From NCBI GenBank assembly GCA_964016885.1, contig OZ024764.1, positions 23,188,001 through 23,252,000 on the forward strand: DNA of 64,000 bases, given 5' to 3'. A program made the translations under genes and the position numbers. The first letter of the stretch is position 1. Every line of letters starts with the position of its first letter. This document shows, piece after piece, positions 20,649-33,553 of the stretch. This DNA comes from Eledone cirrhosa (Eukaryota). Below the pieces are notes generated by a model. The model was not told where the DNA came from. It made no database searches and worked only from the letters and a program-made list of their open reading frames with translations.

Positions 20649-21960
20649 TAATCTAATGTCACTAATAACTACTTTTATCAGTCAGTATAATCTAATGTCA
20701 CTAATAACTACTTTTATCAGTCAGTATAATCTAATGTCACTAATAACTACTTTTATCAGTCAGTATAATCTAATGTCACTAATAACTACTTTTATCAGTC
20801 AGTATAATCTAATGTCACTAATAACTACTTTTATCAGTCAGTATAATCTAATGTCACTAATAACTACTTTTATCAGTCAGTATAATCTAATGTCACTAAT
20901 AACTACTTTTATCAGTCAGTTTAATCTAATGTCACTAATAACTACTTTTATCAGTCAGTTTTATCTAATGTCACTAATAACTACTTTTATCAGTCAGTAT
21001 AATCTAATGCCACTAATAACTACTTTTATCAGTCAGTATAATCTAATGCCACTAATAACTACTTTTATCAGTCAGTATAATCTACTACCACTAATAACTA
21101 CTTTTATCAGTCAGTATAATCTAATGTCACTAATAACTACTTTTATCAGTCAGTATAATCTAATGTCACTAATAACTACTTTTATCAGTCAGTATAATCT
21201 AATGTCACTAATAACTACTTTTATCAGTCAGTATAATCTAATGTCACTAATAACTACTTTTATCAGTCAGTATAATCTAATGTCACTAATAACTACTTTT
21301 ATCAGTCAGTATAATCTAATGTCACTAATAACTACTTTTATCAGTCAGTATAATCTAATGTCACTAATAACTACTTTTATCAGTCAGTATAATCTAATGT
21401 CACTAATAACTACTTTTATCAGTCAGTTTAATCTAATGTCACTAATAACTACTTTTATCAGTCAGTTTTATCTAATGTCACTAATAACTACTTTTATCAG
21501 TCAGTATAATCTAATGCCACTAATAACTACTTTTATCAGTCAGTATAATCTAATGCCACTAATAACTACTTTTATCAGTCAGTATAATCTACTACCACTA
21601 ATAACTACTTTTATCAGTCAGTATAATCTAATGTCACTAATAACTACTTTTATCAGTCAGTATAATCTAATGTCACTAATAACTACTTTTATCAGTCAGT
21701 ATAATCTAATGTCACTAATAACTACTTTTATCAGTCAGTATAATCTAATGTCACTAATAACTACTTTTATCAGTCAGTTTAATCTAATGTCACTAATAAC
21801 TACTTTTATCAGTCAGTATAATCTAATGTCACTACTAACTACTTTTATCAGTCAGTTTAATCTAATGTCACTAATAACTACTTTTATCAGTCAGCATAAT
21901 CTAATGCCACTAATAACTACTTTTATCAGTCAGTATAATCTACTACCACTAATAACTAAC
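20649..21960. repeat. 39-bp minisatellite, about 33 copies, intronic
   Basis: Unit aatctaatgtcactaataactacttttatcagtcagtat. Only about 3 copies are present at 36017-36120 and 46936-47039. Confidence 0.97.
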
Positions 21961-22032
21961 CTATGTTAGTCAGCACATTCTTCACCAAGGAAGGCCTTAG
22001 TATTTATTGCAGTCCATTTATCAATATAGAAA

Positions 22033-22403
22033 CAGACACCCGGATGTGGCGCATGCGCAAACTGAGCACACAACACACACACAGAAACAAAATGGCGTAG
22101 GACAGAAGAAAGGAAAGGCACAGAAACAAAGAAGGAATCCCCAGTCACTGAAGAGGTCACAGAGTGTGTGACGAAAGGACTATGACTATATATAAACAAC
22201 TATCTGGTTGTGGAACCAACCAACCAGAATTTATAAGTTTGTAGATTTGTAAATTTATAAATTTATAAATATATAATAAATTGAAGTGAAAGCAACTGGT
22301 GCGTGTGTTTCTTATTGGCAACATGACCCTCCCAAAGTATAACAATATCGGTTTCAACACACGATTTCAGATAAAGAAACTTGCTAAACAAATTCAGAAA
22401 CGA
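22033..22403 (+). mobile_element. LTR-like insertion just upstream of ZNF exon 2
   Basis: Absent at the paralogous sites (about 36182 and 47101) and flanked by an aatatagaaa direct repeat. It contains GCGCATGCGC, TATATAAA and AATAAA in LTR order. Confidence 0.5.
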
Positions 22404-22483
22404 AATATAGAAATATTATATGAAATTTGTACTGATGTATTACAAGTTTCTGAGTATCTTATAATGTTCTTTTATTATTTCAG

Positions 22484-24945
22484 AATACCAGAGGACATTG
22501 GCATTAAAGAGCACGTTACATCAGACATATCCTCAATATTAACCATTTTTAATGAAAGACACTACCCATCAATTTCAAATAATTTTGAAAACACTCAACA
22601 CTTTGAAGGGATTTAGTAATATAACTAAATTTCTCAGTATTAAGCTACTCTTTGGAACATAACTTTGCACAATTTCATGAATTTATGATGGAAAGTTTTT
22701 AGATACATATAAAGACTGGTATGAAAAAGATAAAACACTTTTATATCAGGTGTTTCATCAACACCATTATTTAAAGATTAAAAGAAGCTGTTATACAGAA
22801 CAGATTCAACCTTGTTTATATAAATCTATGGGAGAAATACTGGGAAATATTTCTTCTAAACTCAATAACACTTCTATTCTTTGCTGTCTGGAATATGTAG
22901 AAGATACAAAATAAAGCTGAAGAAATTTACACATGATTTTGTAAGATCTTCATATATTGACAAAGATGATAGTTGATGGAACTACAGGAGTAGAAATATT
23001 TCCATTATTACAAGAATAACTAATCAAATAAAAACCAGAAAAATTAGATTCTTCACTGTCTGGAATATGTACAAGATGATTTTATATGTATATTAAACTT
23101 GAAGACATCTACAAAACAGTTTGTATCATCTTTAATTAAAAAGAAAGACCAAGTTGATAGAAATATATCTGGAGGAATATGTTTCAGGAATAATATTATA
23201 AACATAAAGAAGAAAAATATCCATATATTGCGAGGAGAAAAATATTAAAACTGTGAATTATGTGAGAAACTGAGGTCATTGATATCTTTTAGTAGGAGTT
23301 ATGTCGAAAAATATAGTAAAATCACCATTCCACTGTGATATCTGTGGTAAATCATTCTCTCGTAGTAATCAGCTAACTACTCCCAAACGTATTCATACAG
23401 GAGAGAAGCCTTATCACTGTGAAATCTGTGGTAAATCATTCAGTTACGGTAGTAGCATCAGAGTTCACAAGCAAATTCATACAAGAGAGAAGCCACATCA
23501 CTGTAACATCTGTAGTAAATCATTCTCTTGCAGAGATAGCTTAACTAATCACAAACGTATTCATACAGGAGAGATGCCACATCACTGTGACATCTGTGGT
23601 AAATCATTCTCTTGCAGAGATAGCTTAACTAATCACAAACGTATTCATACAGGAGAGAAGCCACATCACTGTGAGATCTGTAGTAAATCATTCTCTTGCA
23701 GAGATAGCTTAACTAATCACAAACGTATTCATACAGGAGAGAAGCCATATCACTGTGATATCTGTGGTAAATCATTCGCTGACAGAAGTTGCTTAGCTAC
23801 CCACAGACGTACTCATACAGGAGAGAAGCCATATCACTGTGACATCTGTGGTAAATCATTCTCTCGTAGTAATCACCTAACTATCCACAAACGTACTCAT
23901 ACAGGAGAGAAGCCATATCACTGTGACATCTGTGGTAAATCATTCTCTCGTAGTAATCACCTAACTATCCACAAACGTACTCATACAGGAGAGAAGCCTT
24001 ATCACTGTGACATCTGCGGTAATTCATTCTCTCAGAGTAATCACCTAACTACTCACAAACGTATTCATACAGGAGAGAAGACATATCAGTGTGACATCTG
24101 TGGTAATTCATTCTCTCATAGTAATAACCTAACTACTCACAAACGTACTCATACGGGAGACAAACCATATCACTGTGACATCTGTGGTAAATCATTCGCT
24201 GACAGAAGTTGCTTAGCTACCCACAGACGTACTCATACAGGAGAGAAGCCATATCACTGTGACATCTGTGGTAAATCATTCTCTCGTAGTAATCACCTAA
24301 CTATCCACAAACGTACTCATACAGGAGAGAAGCCATATCACTGTGACATCTGTGGTAAATCATTCTCTCATAGTAATCTCCTAACTATCCACAAACGTAC
24401 TCATACAGGAGAGAAGCCATATCACTGTGACATCTGTGGTAAATCATTCTCTCAAAGTAATCACCTAACTCTCCACAAACGTACTCATACAGGAGAGAAG
24501 CCATATCACTGTGACATCTGTGGTAAATCATTCTCTCATAGTAATCACCTAACTCTCCACAAACGTACTCATACAGGAGAGAAGCCATATCACTGTGACA
24601 TCTGTGGTAAATCATTCTCTGAAAGCGGTAACTTAACCAAGCATGTGCGTATTCATACAGAAGTTTAGCTGTATCAATATCAAACTCATTACATCATACT
24701 ACAACAACAACAATTGTGTAGATCCATCATCCTTGCTAAAACTGGGGTCAACCTTGTAGGTTTTACCTAGGACAGGGATCATAAAACCAGGTTTCCATTT
24801 TTGAAGCAGTGTTTGAAGATTTGGTGTAAATTAAAGTTTTTCACATTAAACTTTGATTTATTATACTTTAACAGGTAAGATATATATTTGTATTTTTAGT
24901 AAATGTTGGGAACTTCTGTAATTTAAACCTGCCAATAAAATGAAA
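22484..24945 (+). other. Predicted exon 2 of ZNF gene A (about 0.8 kb 5'UTR, CDS and 3'UTR)
   Basis: Acceptor ttcttttattatttcag| at 22483 and AATAAA at 24934. The same architecture occurs at 36262-37910 and 47181-48830. Confidence 0.6.
23301..24668 (+). CDS. C2H2 zinc-finger protein, 16 tandem fingers, no recognisable effector domain
   Basis: 455-aa ORF of CxxCGKSF...HxxxH TGEKPYH repeats. Finger 1 has H->P. Confidence 0.95.
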   Translation: MSKNIVKSPFHCDICGKSFSRSNQLTTPKRIHTGEKPYHCEICGKSFSYGSSIRVHKQIHTREKPHHCNICSKSFSCRDSLTNHKRIHTGEMPHHCDICGKSFSCRDSLTNHKRIHTGEKPHHCEICSKSFSCRDSLTNHKRIHTGEKPYHCDICGKSFADRSCLATHRRTHTGEKPYHCDICGKSFSRSNHLTIHKRTHTGEKPYHCDICGKSFSRSNHLTIHKRTHTGEKPYHCDICGNSFSQSNHLTTHKRIHTGEKTYQCDICGNSFSHSNNLTTHKRTHTGDKPYHCDICGKSFADRSCLATHRRTHTGEKPYHCDICGKSFSRSNHLTIHKRTHTGEKPYHCDICGKSFSHSNLLTIHKRTHTGEKPYHCDICGKSFSQSNHLTLHKRTHTGEKPYHCDICGKSFSHSNHLTLHKRTHTGEKPYHCDICGKSFSESGNLTKHVRIHTEV

Positions 24946-27900
24946 ACTTTTGTTGTTGCTAGTCAGACATTGATATTAATTCTATTGTCCTGTACATTGT
25001 CTCAAATATCACAGATTAAACAGATTTTAACAATGTCAACAGAAATCAATAACTTGTAAGCCTAATATCTAGCTTCCATTTTAACTATTTGATATTGTTG
25101 TTCCCCTCCTGTCTCTTCAGATCTTTTAGATTTCAACTTCTATCTACTGTACTATTCCATCACCAAGGCAACATTCATCTGGCTGGCAGCTTACATCAAC
25201 TACAGATCTCATCAGTGGTTCACAACAGGCTGTCTGAAAGAAACTTCCAGATATCTTCTATATCATAGCTATCAATCTCCTCCTCCTTATCATATGTACC
25301 ACTTTCACAGTCCCTCTAGATCTTATATTTAACAGGGAGATCTTTTACTATCCCTACTCTTTTCTCTAGATAGTTTTGTACCACTCTCACAGTCCCTATA
25401 GATCTTATATTTAACAGGGAGATTCTTTACTGTCTTTACCCTTTTCTCTAGGTTGTCTTATACCTCTCTCACAGTCCCTCTAGATCTTATATTTAACAGG
25501 GAGATCTTTTACTCTCCAACCCTTTTCTCTAGGTCGTCTTGTACCTCCCTCACAATCCCTGTAGATCTTATATTTAACAGGGAGATCTTTTACTCTCCAA
25601 CCCTTCTACAGATAGTCTTGTATATGTCATTCCCTCTAGATCTTACACCTCGTATCTAGTCTATGTTGAGTGGTACGTCCTTCTCCAGTAAAGGAGTTAA
25701 TATTCCCAACCATCTGTCTATCCTGTTTTCTGATGAGAATGAAGTCAATCTAGTTTATCTCTTCACCTGATTGAAGTAACTAGATCAAGTAACTAGATGT
25801 TTTCCTGTAAGTTAGTGTTGCAGTGTTTGTGTCACCATGTAAGGTTTATATCTAATTTATATAGAGATGTAGTAAAGTTTTCACTGTTGTATCTCTACTT
25901 TCTAAATATCTTTATAATGTTTCTCTACTATTTCAGAATCACATGACCTTGACAGAAAAGCGTCTTTTAAAGACAACAGAAAGATGTTAAATTCAAGATA
26001 TAAACTTGTTTTTATTCTGTGGTGAATTATGGTGAAATATTTCTTCTGAATTCAGATAAATATTTTCCTTTTTCACTGTCTGGAATATTTACAAGATGAT
26101 TTTACATTCTGATTAAACTTTAGATATTTACAAAGGAGTTTTCAAAATATTTGGATATTGACAAAGATCACATTTGGTAAAAATTATGAACAATAGAAAT
26201 ATTTACATTAACATAGGAATATTTTCCAGTAGAGATGGGAAAATCATTATACCACTGTAATATTTGTGGTAAAGTATTCTCTCTTCTTTATATGTAGAAC
26301 ATCTAACTAAACACTTTAACTAACAAACTATTGTGCTATAAAATTGACAAACTTGAGCAATGTTTAATAAATGTTACAGATTTCTCCAAACTGTCGTTTA
26401 CTAACTTTAATTTGAAGCTATGTTATCTATATACTACTAAAACTCTGTGATTGTGTCTTGTCTGTAATTTAATACAGCTAAAACAGTGCATAATGGGGAA
26501 ATACTTTGAAAGGAATAAAACAATTTTTGTGTAAATTGGAGCACAGGTTCCCAAGATACGGGGTTTTCTGGGTACCTTGATATATATAGGGAGAGAAAGA
26601 GATAGTGGTTGTGAGAGTGAGGAGACAGATGGAAGAGAGAGAGAGAGCTGGTGGTGTTGTTTAATAAAATGTGTGTGTGTGTATATATATATATATACGT
26701 ATGTGTATATTTTAACTATTTAAAAATCATTTTTAAATGACTTTTAAAAAATAGTTTTAAGGGAACGTGACCCAACAGGTCCCGGGTGGTCTAGTTTGTT
26801 ACTAAATACTAGATATTAGAGGGTCATGTTGTTCTAGATGTGCTGGAAGAGCCATTCCATCTCGTGAGGCTCACACCAGCAGCTAGCCACCTCAGCACCT
26901 ATGGTGGTATATTTATTATATTATTTATTCTTTATCGTTAACATTAATTTAAAAGATAATTATATATTTTTAGAGAAGAACCTCTAACTTCATATAGCTT
27001 AGGGCTTCAGTAGGTAAAAGTCTGGCCCTGCTTGTCTTGTATTTTTTAGGGGAGAAGTTAGGGAATACTGTTATTGTGTGAAAGTTTTCTAAATCTTCTT
27101 CAGCCACTAACATGGAGAAGATATTTCAGTAAAAAGGTTCACATCCTGACATCTATAGCTGTTAACAATGAGATTGGAATTCATTATTAAACAAATGTTA
27201 TATCATCATCACTGTTTAACATCAGTTTTTTCACGCTGGCATGGGTTAGACGAGTTATCCTGTTGTAAGCATTGCCAAGTCAGGTGACCACGTGTTGCTC
27301 CTACAGAACAAATTTTGGATTGGTTTCTACAGCTGGATGCCCTTCCTAACACCAACCTTATTTACATTGAGTACTGGGTGCATTTTACCATCTCACCATC
27401 ACGACCACTTTACAGTGTGGGCTGGGTGCTTTTTGTTGTGACACCTATATGACCACTTTACAGTGTGGGCTGGGTGCTTTTTGTTGTGACACCTACATGA
27501 CCACTTTAAAGTTTTGACTGGGTGCTTTTTGTCGTGACACCTACATGACCACTTTATAGTGTGGACTGGGTACTTTTTGTTGTGACACCAACATGACCAC
27601 TTTAAAGTTTTGGCTGGATACTTTTTGTTGTCACCTACATGACCACTTTACAGTGTGGGCTGGGTGCTTTTTGCCGTGACACCTACGCAACCGCTTTACA
27701 GTGTCGGCTGGTTTCTTTTTGTCATATCACCTACATGACCACCTTATAATGTTTACTGTGTGTTCTTTGCAGTGTGGGCTGGTTTCTTTTTGTCATATCA
27801 CCTACATGACCACCTTATAATGTTGACTGTGTGTTCTTTACAGTGTGGGTTGGGTGCTTTTTGTCATATCACCTACCCAACCACTTTGCAGTGTGGGCAG

Positions 27901-28732
27901 TGAAAGATCAGTAATGCACCAGCTCCAATATTCAGTAATCAGAAGAAGGGAGGTAGGCATAAAAGCCAAACTTGCTGTCTTCAATTAGGTTTTTGTGCCA
28001 ACCCTTACCTATGGTCACATATCTTGGGTAATGACCAAAAGAATATGATTGGGAATACAAATGGCAGATATGGGATTCCTCTGAAGGGTCTTTGAAGGAA
28101 CGTTTCTCAATAAAGTGCATAGCTCTGAGATCAGAGAGTCACTGCAGGTGGAGCTGTTACTTCTCCGAATTGAGAGATCATAGCTGCAATACTATGGCCA
28201 TGTGGTTAGAATGTCTGAGGAAAGAATCACTGGATAGATTTTACAGGCTAAACTAACCGGCAGGAGACCCAGGGGTAGACCTGAGCAAGATGGTCACATA
28301 ACATCCATGAGCTTGGCTGGTCTCTCTGGGAGATCCAGCCAGATCAGTTGGAGTGGGTTGCTTCTGACAGGACCTGTTGAAGGGAGTGTTTGAGGACTCT
28401 GCCCCCAAGACCCTCTCTGGAATGACTGGATTAATAAGAAGAGGTTGAGGTTACATAATCAACATCAGATTTCCCTGCTAGCAAGGGTTTAATGAGTCTA
28501 CTTCAACCAAGTAAGTACTGGAGTGAGGCTACTGATCTCCCAGACAGACCAAGGATCTGAGACTTATTACATAAGGTCTCATTTGCTACTGAGTGCACAG
28601 AAAAGGTTGTCATGTCTTTGTCATGATTGAAGGGTTCTCCAACCCTATTGTCGGGCAAGCTTTCTATGGCTAGATGTCGTTCACATGACCAACCACATTA
28701 CAGCCTGTGTTGGGTCTGTTTATCATGTAGGT

Positions 28733-30362
28733 GAGGCATAACAAACTGAGGGTTCCCCAAGGGTCACATAGGTCACATGTGTTGTCTGAGGGTTGCACAC
28801 TACAACTAATTAAAGTCATTTAATAAAATTTAATATAGAAAGATTTGTTACTTAAATTTAGAAACATACAATGTACATACAAATGTTTTAGCAGCATTCA
28901 TGAATACAAAGTAATGAAGTAGTTTGATAAAAAACTAAAATTTAACATGTCAACATATACTTGCAGATTGTAACAGCAACAAATACATTGTACACAAATA
29001 ACAACAGTTGAAAACTGAACATTTATTTGCTACTATTCAACCATTTTTAGTCTTTTGTCCTGAGGCTTGACACTTCTTTCTGTTGACTATTTTTGGTATA
29101 TTTGGCTGAAATGTCTGTACAGTTCCAACTTTAATTAGAAATGACAAGTGTTGATCTGTCAGCCTTGTTCTCTGAGAAGTTTTTGTTAAGCTAAGTGCAG
29201 ACTCAGTATGGGCAGTGATTTTCAGCTCTTTGCACATAAGAAAATGAATTAAATTTTCATCTGACAACGGAGACTTCCATAAGCTAAGTTTTCTAATGAA
29301 GAACTTGATGTCATCATACAACTGAGTGATGGGTTTGTTTTTACCTTGTAATTTCAAATTAAGGTCAGTTAATTGTGCAGTAATATCCACAAATAAAGCC
29401 AGATGTTGGAGCCAACTTTCATTTTTTATTTCATCTGTGTTTTGACTTTTCATCTCCAAAAACATAATTATTTCAGCACTTTGTGACATGTCAACCAGCA
29501 GACTTCTGTGTAGAATGGAACATCGGTGAACTGATTATCCATATCTTCCAACAACTGGCTGAACTGACGGTGGTTGAGAGCATGGCCTCTGATTTAGTTC
29601 ACTGTCTTTGTGACCAAGCTAAGCACATGATGCAATTTTAAAATCTTTGAACATAAATTTTGCTCATGAATAATACAGTGAAAATGTGCAAATCATGAAT
29701 CTAGATATGAGTTTTCTATTTTTGTTTGTAACTTGGCAGCAACACCATTATGTCTACCAACCATATTTGCAGCACTGTCAGTAGATAAACATGCAAGTTT
29801 ACTCAGATCAAAACCATGCAGACCCTGCTTGACCTTCTCAAAGATGTCCTGGCTTGTTATAGTGTCATGCATGGGGACCTGTTCAATCAGTTCTTCATAA
29901 ATATTAAATTCACTGTCACAGGCCCCGATGAAGAATGCAAGCTGTACTATTCCAGTGATGTCAACAGTCTCTTCAATAGCAATAGAAACATGTTCAAACC
30001 TTGATGATACAGCCTTTAACTGTTGTTTCAGATCACCTGACATTTCATTAATCTGTTCAGCAACAGTGTTCCTGGTTAATGAAATGTCTTTGAATAACTC
30101 TGCTTTCTCTGGACAATTTCAGCTGTTTTTACAAGACATTGCTTTACAAAATCTCCTTCACTGTAAGATTTCCCACTCATGGCAATTATTCAACTGAGTT
30201 CATAGTTTGCAGTAATGGAAGTGACATCCTCTTCCTGAATTAACATAAAACAGGTCTGTTGCTGTGTCAAGTTAACCTTCAATTCCTTGAGTCTTGAAAC
30301 ACACATTGGGCCTTCATATTTATCGTAAGATCGATGGTTTGTTTCATAATGTCTTTTTAAAT
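28733..30362 (-). mobile_element. Truncated paralogous copy of the hAT element
   Basis: Same left TSD and TIR, with ORFs 29037-29489 and 29693-30043. It breaks off at about 30362. Confidence 0.9.
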
Positions 30363-31250
30363 TTAAAAATTATTTTTAAATAACTTAAAAGATAATTTTA
30401 AGGCAACGTGACCCAACAGGTCGCGGGTGGTCTAGTTTGTTACTAAATACTAGATATTAGAGGGTCATGTTCTAGATGTGCTGGAAGAGCTATTCTATCT
30501 CGTGAGGCTCACACCAGCAGCTAGCCACCTCAGCACCTATGGTGGTATATTTATTATATTAATTATTCTTTATCATTAACATTAATATAAAAGATAATTA
30601 TATATTTTTAGAGAAGAACCTCTAACTTCATATAGCTCAGGGCTTCAGTAGGTAAAAGTCTGGCCCTGCTTGTCTTGTATTTTTTAGGGGAGAAGTTAGG
30701 GAATACGGTTATTGTGTGAAAGTTTTCTAAATCTTCTTCAGCCACTAACATGGAGAAGATATTTCAGTAAAAAGGTTCACATCCTGACATCTATCGCTGT
30801 TAACAATGAGATTGGAATTCATTATTAAACAAATGTTATATCATCATCACTGTTTAACATCAGTTTCTCCACGCTGGCATGGGTTAGACGAGTTATCCTG
30901 TTGTAAGCAATGCCAGGTCAGGTGATCACGTGTTGCTCCTACAGAACCAATTTTGGTTTGGTTTCTACAGCTGGATGCCCTTCCTAGCACCAACCTTATT
31001 TACATTGAGTACTGGGTGCTTTTTTACTATCTCACCAACTCGACCACTTCACAGTGTGGGCTGGGTACTTTTTTACTTTTTGTCATGGCACCTACACTAC
31101 CACTTTACAGTGAGAACTGGGTACTTTTTATCGTGACACCTACATGACCACTTTACAGTGTGGATTGGGTACTTTTTGTTGTGACACCTACACAACCTCT
31201 TTACAGTGTTGGCAGTGAAATCTAATGCGCCAGCTTCAGTAATCAGAAGA
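30363..31250 (+). repeat. Remnant of an additional cassette (Helitron-like end through the short RTE-derived element)
   Basis: Repeats the sequence of about 26720-27940 and 5370-6150, with its own variants. Confidence 0.85.
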
Positions 31251-31290
31251 TACATATACACACACACAAACAGAAATATATATATATATT

Positions 31291-33355
31291 CAGTGGTACC
31301 TTGACTTACAAGTGTCCCAACTAATAAGTTTTTCGAGATACGAGCCCTCTTTCGGCTGATTTTTTGCGTTGAGTTCCAGAGTAAAATTCGGGTTACGAGT
31401 CAGCTTCAGATGCCCCGCCACTAGTTGGCATAGTGACCGCCACAGGCAATACCGTAACACCCGCCCGGCATCCCATGGATTCGAAAGAAAGTGAGGGCGA
31501 AGGACAGTTCTGAGAAGAAGAAGCGGATGATGTGTATTGAATTAAAGAAAGAAATTATAGAAAAACATGACCAAGGTGTGTGTGTAGTGGACTTGGTGAA
31601 GTAGTACGAGCGTAGCACTTCTACGATATGTACCATACTGAAGAAGAAGGACTTGATAAAGGCTATAACCCCAGCTAAGGGTGGTAAAAGAATTTCTAAA
31701 CAGCGGACATCTATCCATGAAAATATGGAAAAGCTGCTGATGGTGTGGTTGACGGAGAAGCAGCTCGCAAGAGATACTGTGATGAAGATTATAATATGTG
31801 AGAAGGCACGAGCTATTTACGCTGATTTGCTGCAGCAGACCCCAGGTACTTCTACGGACGAGGCATCGGCAAGCCCTTTCATGCCAGTCAGTCGGGGTTG
31901 GTTTTAGAATTTTAAAAAGAGGACCGGCATTCACTCCGTTGTCAGGCATGGTGAGGCAGCGAGCGCAGATATGAAGGCAGCTGAGGATTACCTCAAAACC
32001 TTTGTCAGAATTATAGCAGCCGAAGGATACATCCCTCAGCAAGTCTTTAACTGTGATGAAACAGGACTTTTTTGGAAGAAGATGCCAAGGAGGACATATA
32101 ACGGCAGAGGAGAAGAGGATGCCTGGCCACAAACCCATGAAGGATAGGCTAACCCCTGCACTGTGCCTATGCGAGCGGTGACTGTCAGATTAAGTCGCTG
32201 CTCGTTTATCATTCAGAAAACTCCAGAACCTTTAAGTCACATAAGATTCTGAAAGAAAAACTGCAGGTTTTGTGGAGGGCAAACCCGAGGCCATGGGTCA
32301 CCAGGTAGTTCTTTGTGGAGTGGGTGAATTTGGTCTTTGGTCCTGACGTTAAAAAATATCTCCAGGAAAATAACCTACCCCTGAAAACCCTTCTTGTCCT
32401 ACATAATGCACCTGCTCACCAACCCACCCTCGAAGAGTTCAAGTTTATAAAGGTCCTCTACCTTTCACCAAACACCACCCCTATCCTACAGACCAAGGAC
32501 CAGCAGGTACTTTCTAATTTCAAGAAGCTCTTCACCAAGCACCTGTTCAGTCGCTGCTTTGAAGTGACGGAGAGCACAAACTTCACCCTTGAGAGGTCTG
32601 GAAGGACCATTATAACATCGTGATATGCCTCAGAATTATCGATATGACATGGCAGGGTCTTACAAAGAGGACCTTGACCTCTACATGGAAGAAGCTGTGG
32701 CCTGAAGTTGTGTCTATAACAGACTTTGAAGGACTCGAACCCGAAGCGGCAGTGGTGGAGGAGATTGTACGCCTCGGTAAGTCCATGGGCCTGGACATGG
32801 ATGAAGGTGACATCAACGGACTCATCGAGGAACTGACAACGAAGGAATTAAAGGAGCTACAGACACAGCAACACACGGAGTTTTTGCAGGAAATAGGTGA
32901 CACAGAGGAGGTTATCTCAACAAGTGAGATGAAACAAACCTCATTAGACAGGTTTTTATCGAAAATCCCTGCAGATAAAAGTGAGGAACGCGTTGCGAAA
33001 AGGGCAAAAATCAGCGAATAAGATTCAGTTATTCAGTTCATTCTTTCTCCTCCGTCAACATCCTCAAGTCGTCTGATTTCCAAGATAGATGCTGTACATT
33101 ATACATAATAAAACCAGTTTGTTGCAGTACATTCTATTGTATTGTTTTTTTATATACAATATTTGTTATTTATAAGTACATTTTTCTTATTTAAAAACAC
33201 GTAACAAAACAAACTATGGTTTTTGTGGTCTGGAACGGATTAACGGCATTTTAATTTATTTCAGTGGGGAAAATTGATTTGACATACAAGTAATTTAAGT
33301 TACGAGGTCCTACACGGAACAAATTAAATTAAACTCATAAGTCAAGATACCACTG
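31291..33355 (+). mobile_element. Tigger/pogo (Tc1/mariner superfamily) DNA transposon, full length but decayed
   Basis: TIRs cagtggtaccttgactta / taagtcaagataccactg within a TA/TG microsatellite. The broken transposase runs from about 31475 to 33021, with a CENP-B-type HTH (ELKKEIIEKH; MEKLLMVW..EKARAIY), QQVFNCDETGLFWKKMP, LLVLHNAPAH and PNTTPILQ. Confidence 0.93.
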
Positions 33356-33379
33356 TGTGTGTATATATATATATATATG

Positions 33380-33553
33380 AAGGAACGATCGACTTTCGTC
33401 AAATCGGACTAAGGAAGCAATGTTTCCATTGGTCTTTCCAATTGCTAGTACTAACGGTCGCAACTCCAGGTAGAAGGAACAACGTGAAATAAAGTGTCTT
33501 GCTCAAGGACATAACGCATCGCCTGGTCCAGGAAGCGAACTCACAACCTCAAG
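33380..33553 (-). mobile_element. tRNA-derived SINE of the same family as 10085-10300, inverted
   Basis: Reverse complement of about 10125-10298, flanked by (TA)n on both sides. Confidence 0.8.

Noticed and set aside
20656-21969. 437-aa repetitive ORF (MSLITTFISQYNL)n
   Set aside because: It results from a 39-bp unit with no stop in one frame. It is intronic and absent at this length in the paralogs.
22299-22616. ORFs spanning the exon 2 acceptor (also 36122-36394 and 47041-47313) as an N-terminal effector domain
   Set aside because: They cross the predicted intron boundary, stop about 650-700 bp before the finger ORF and show no recognisable domain.
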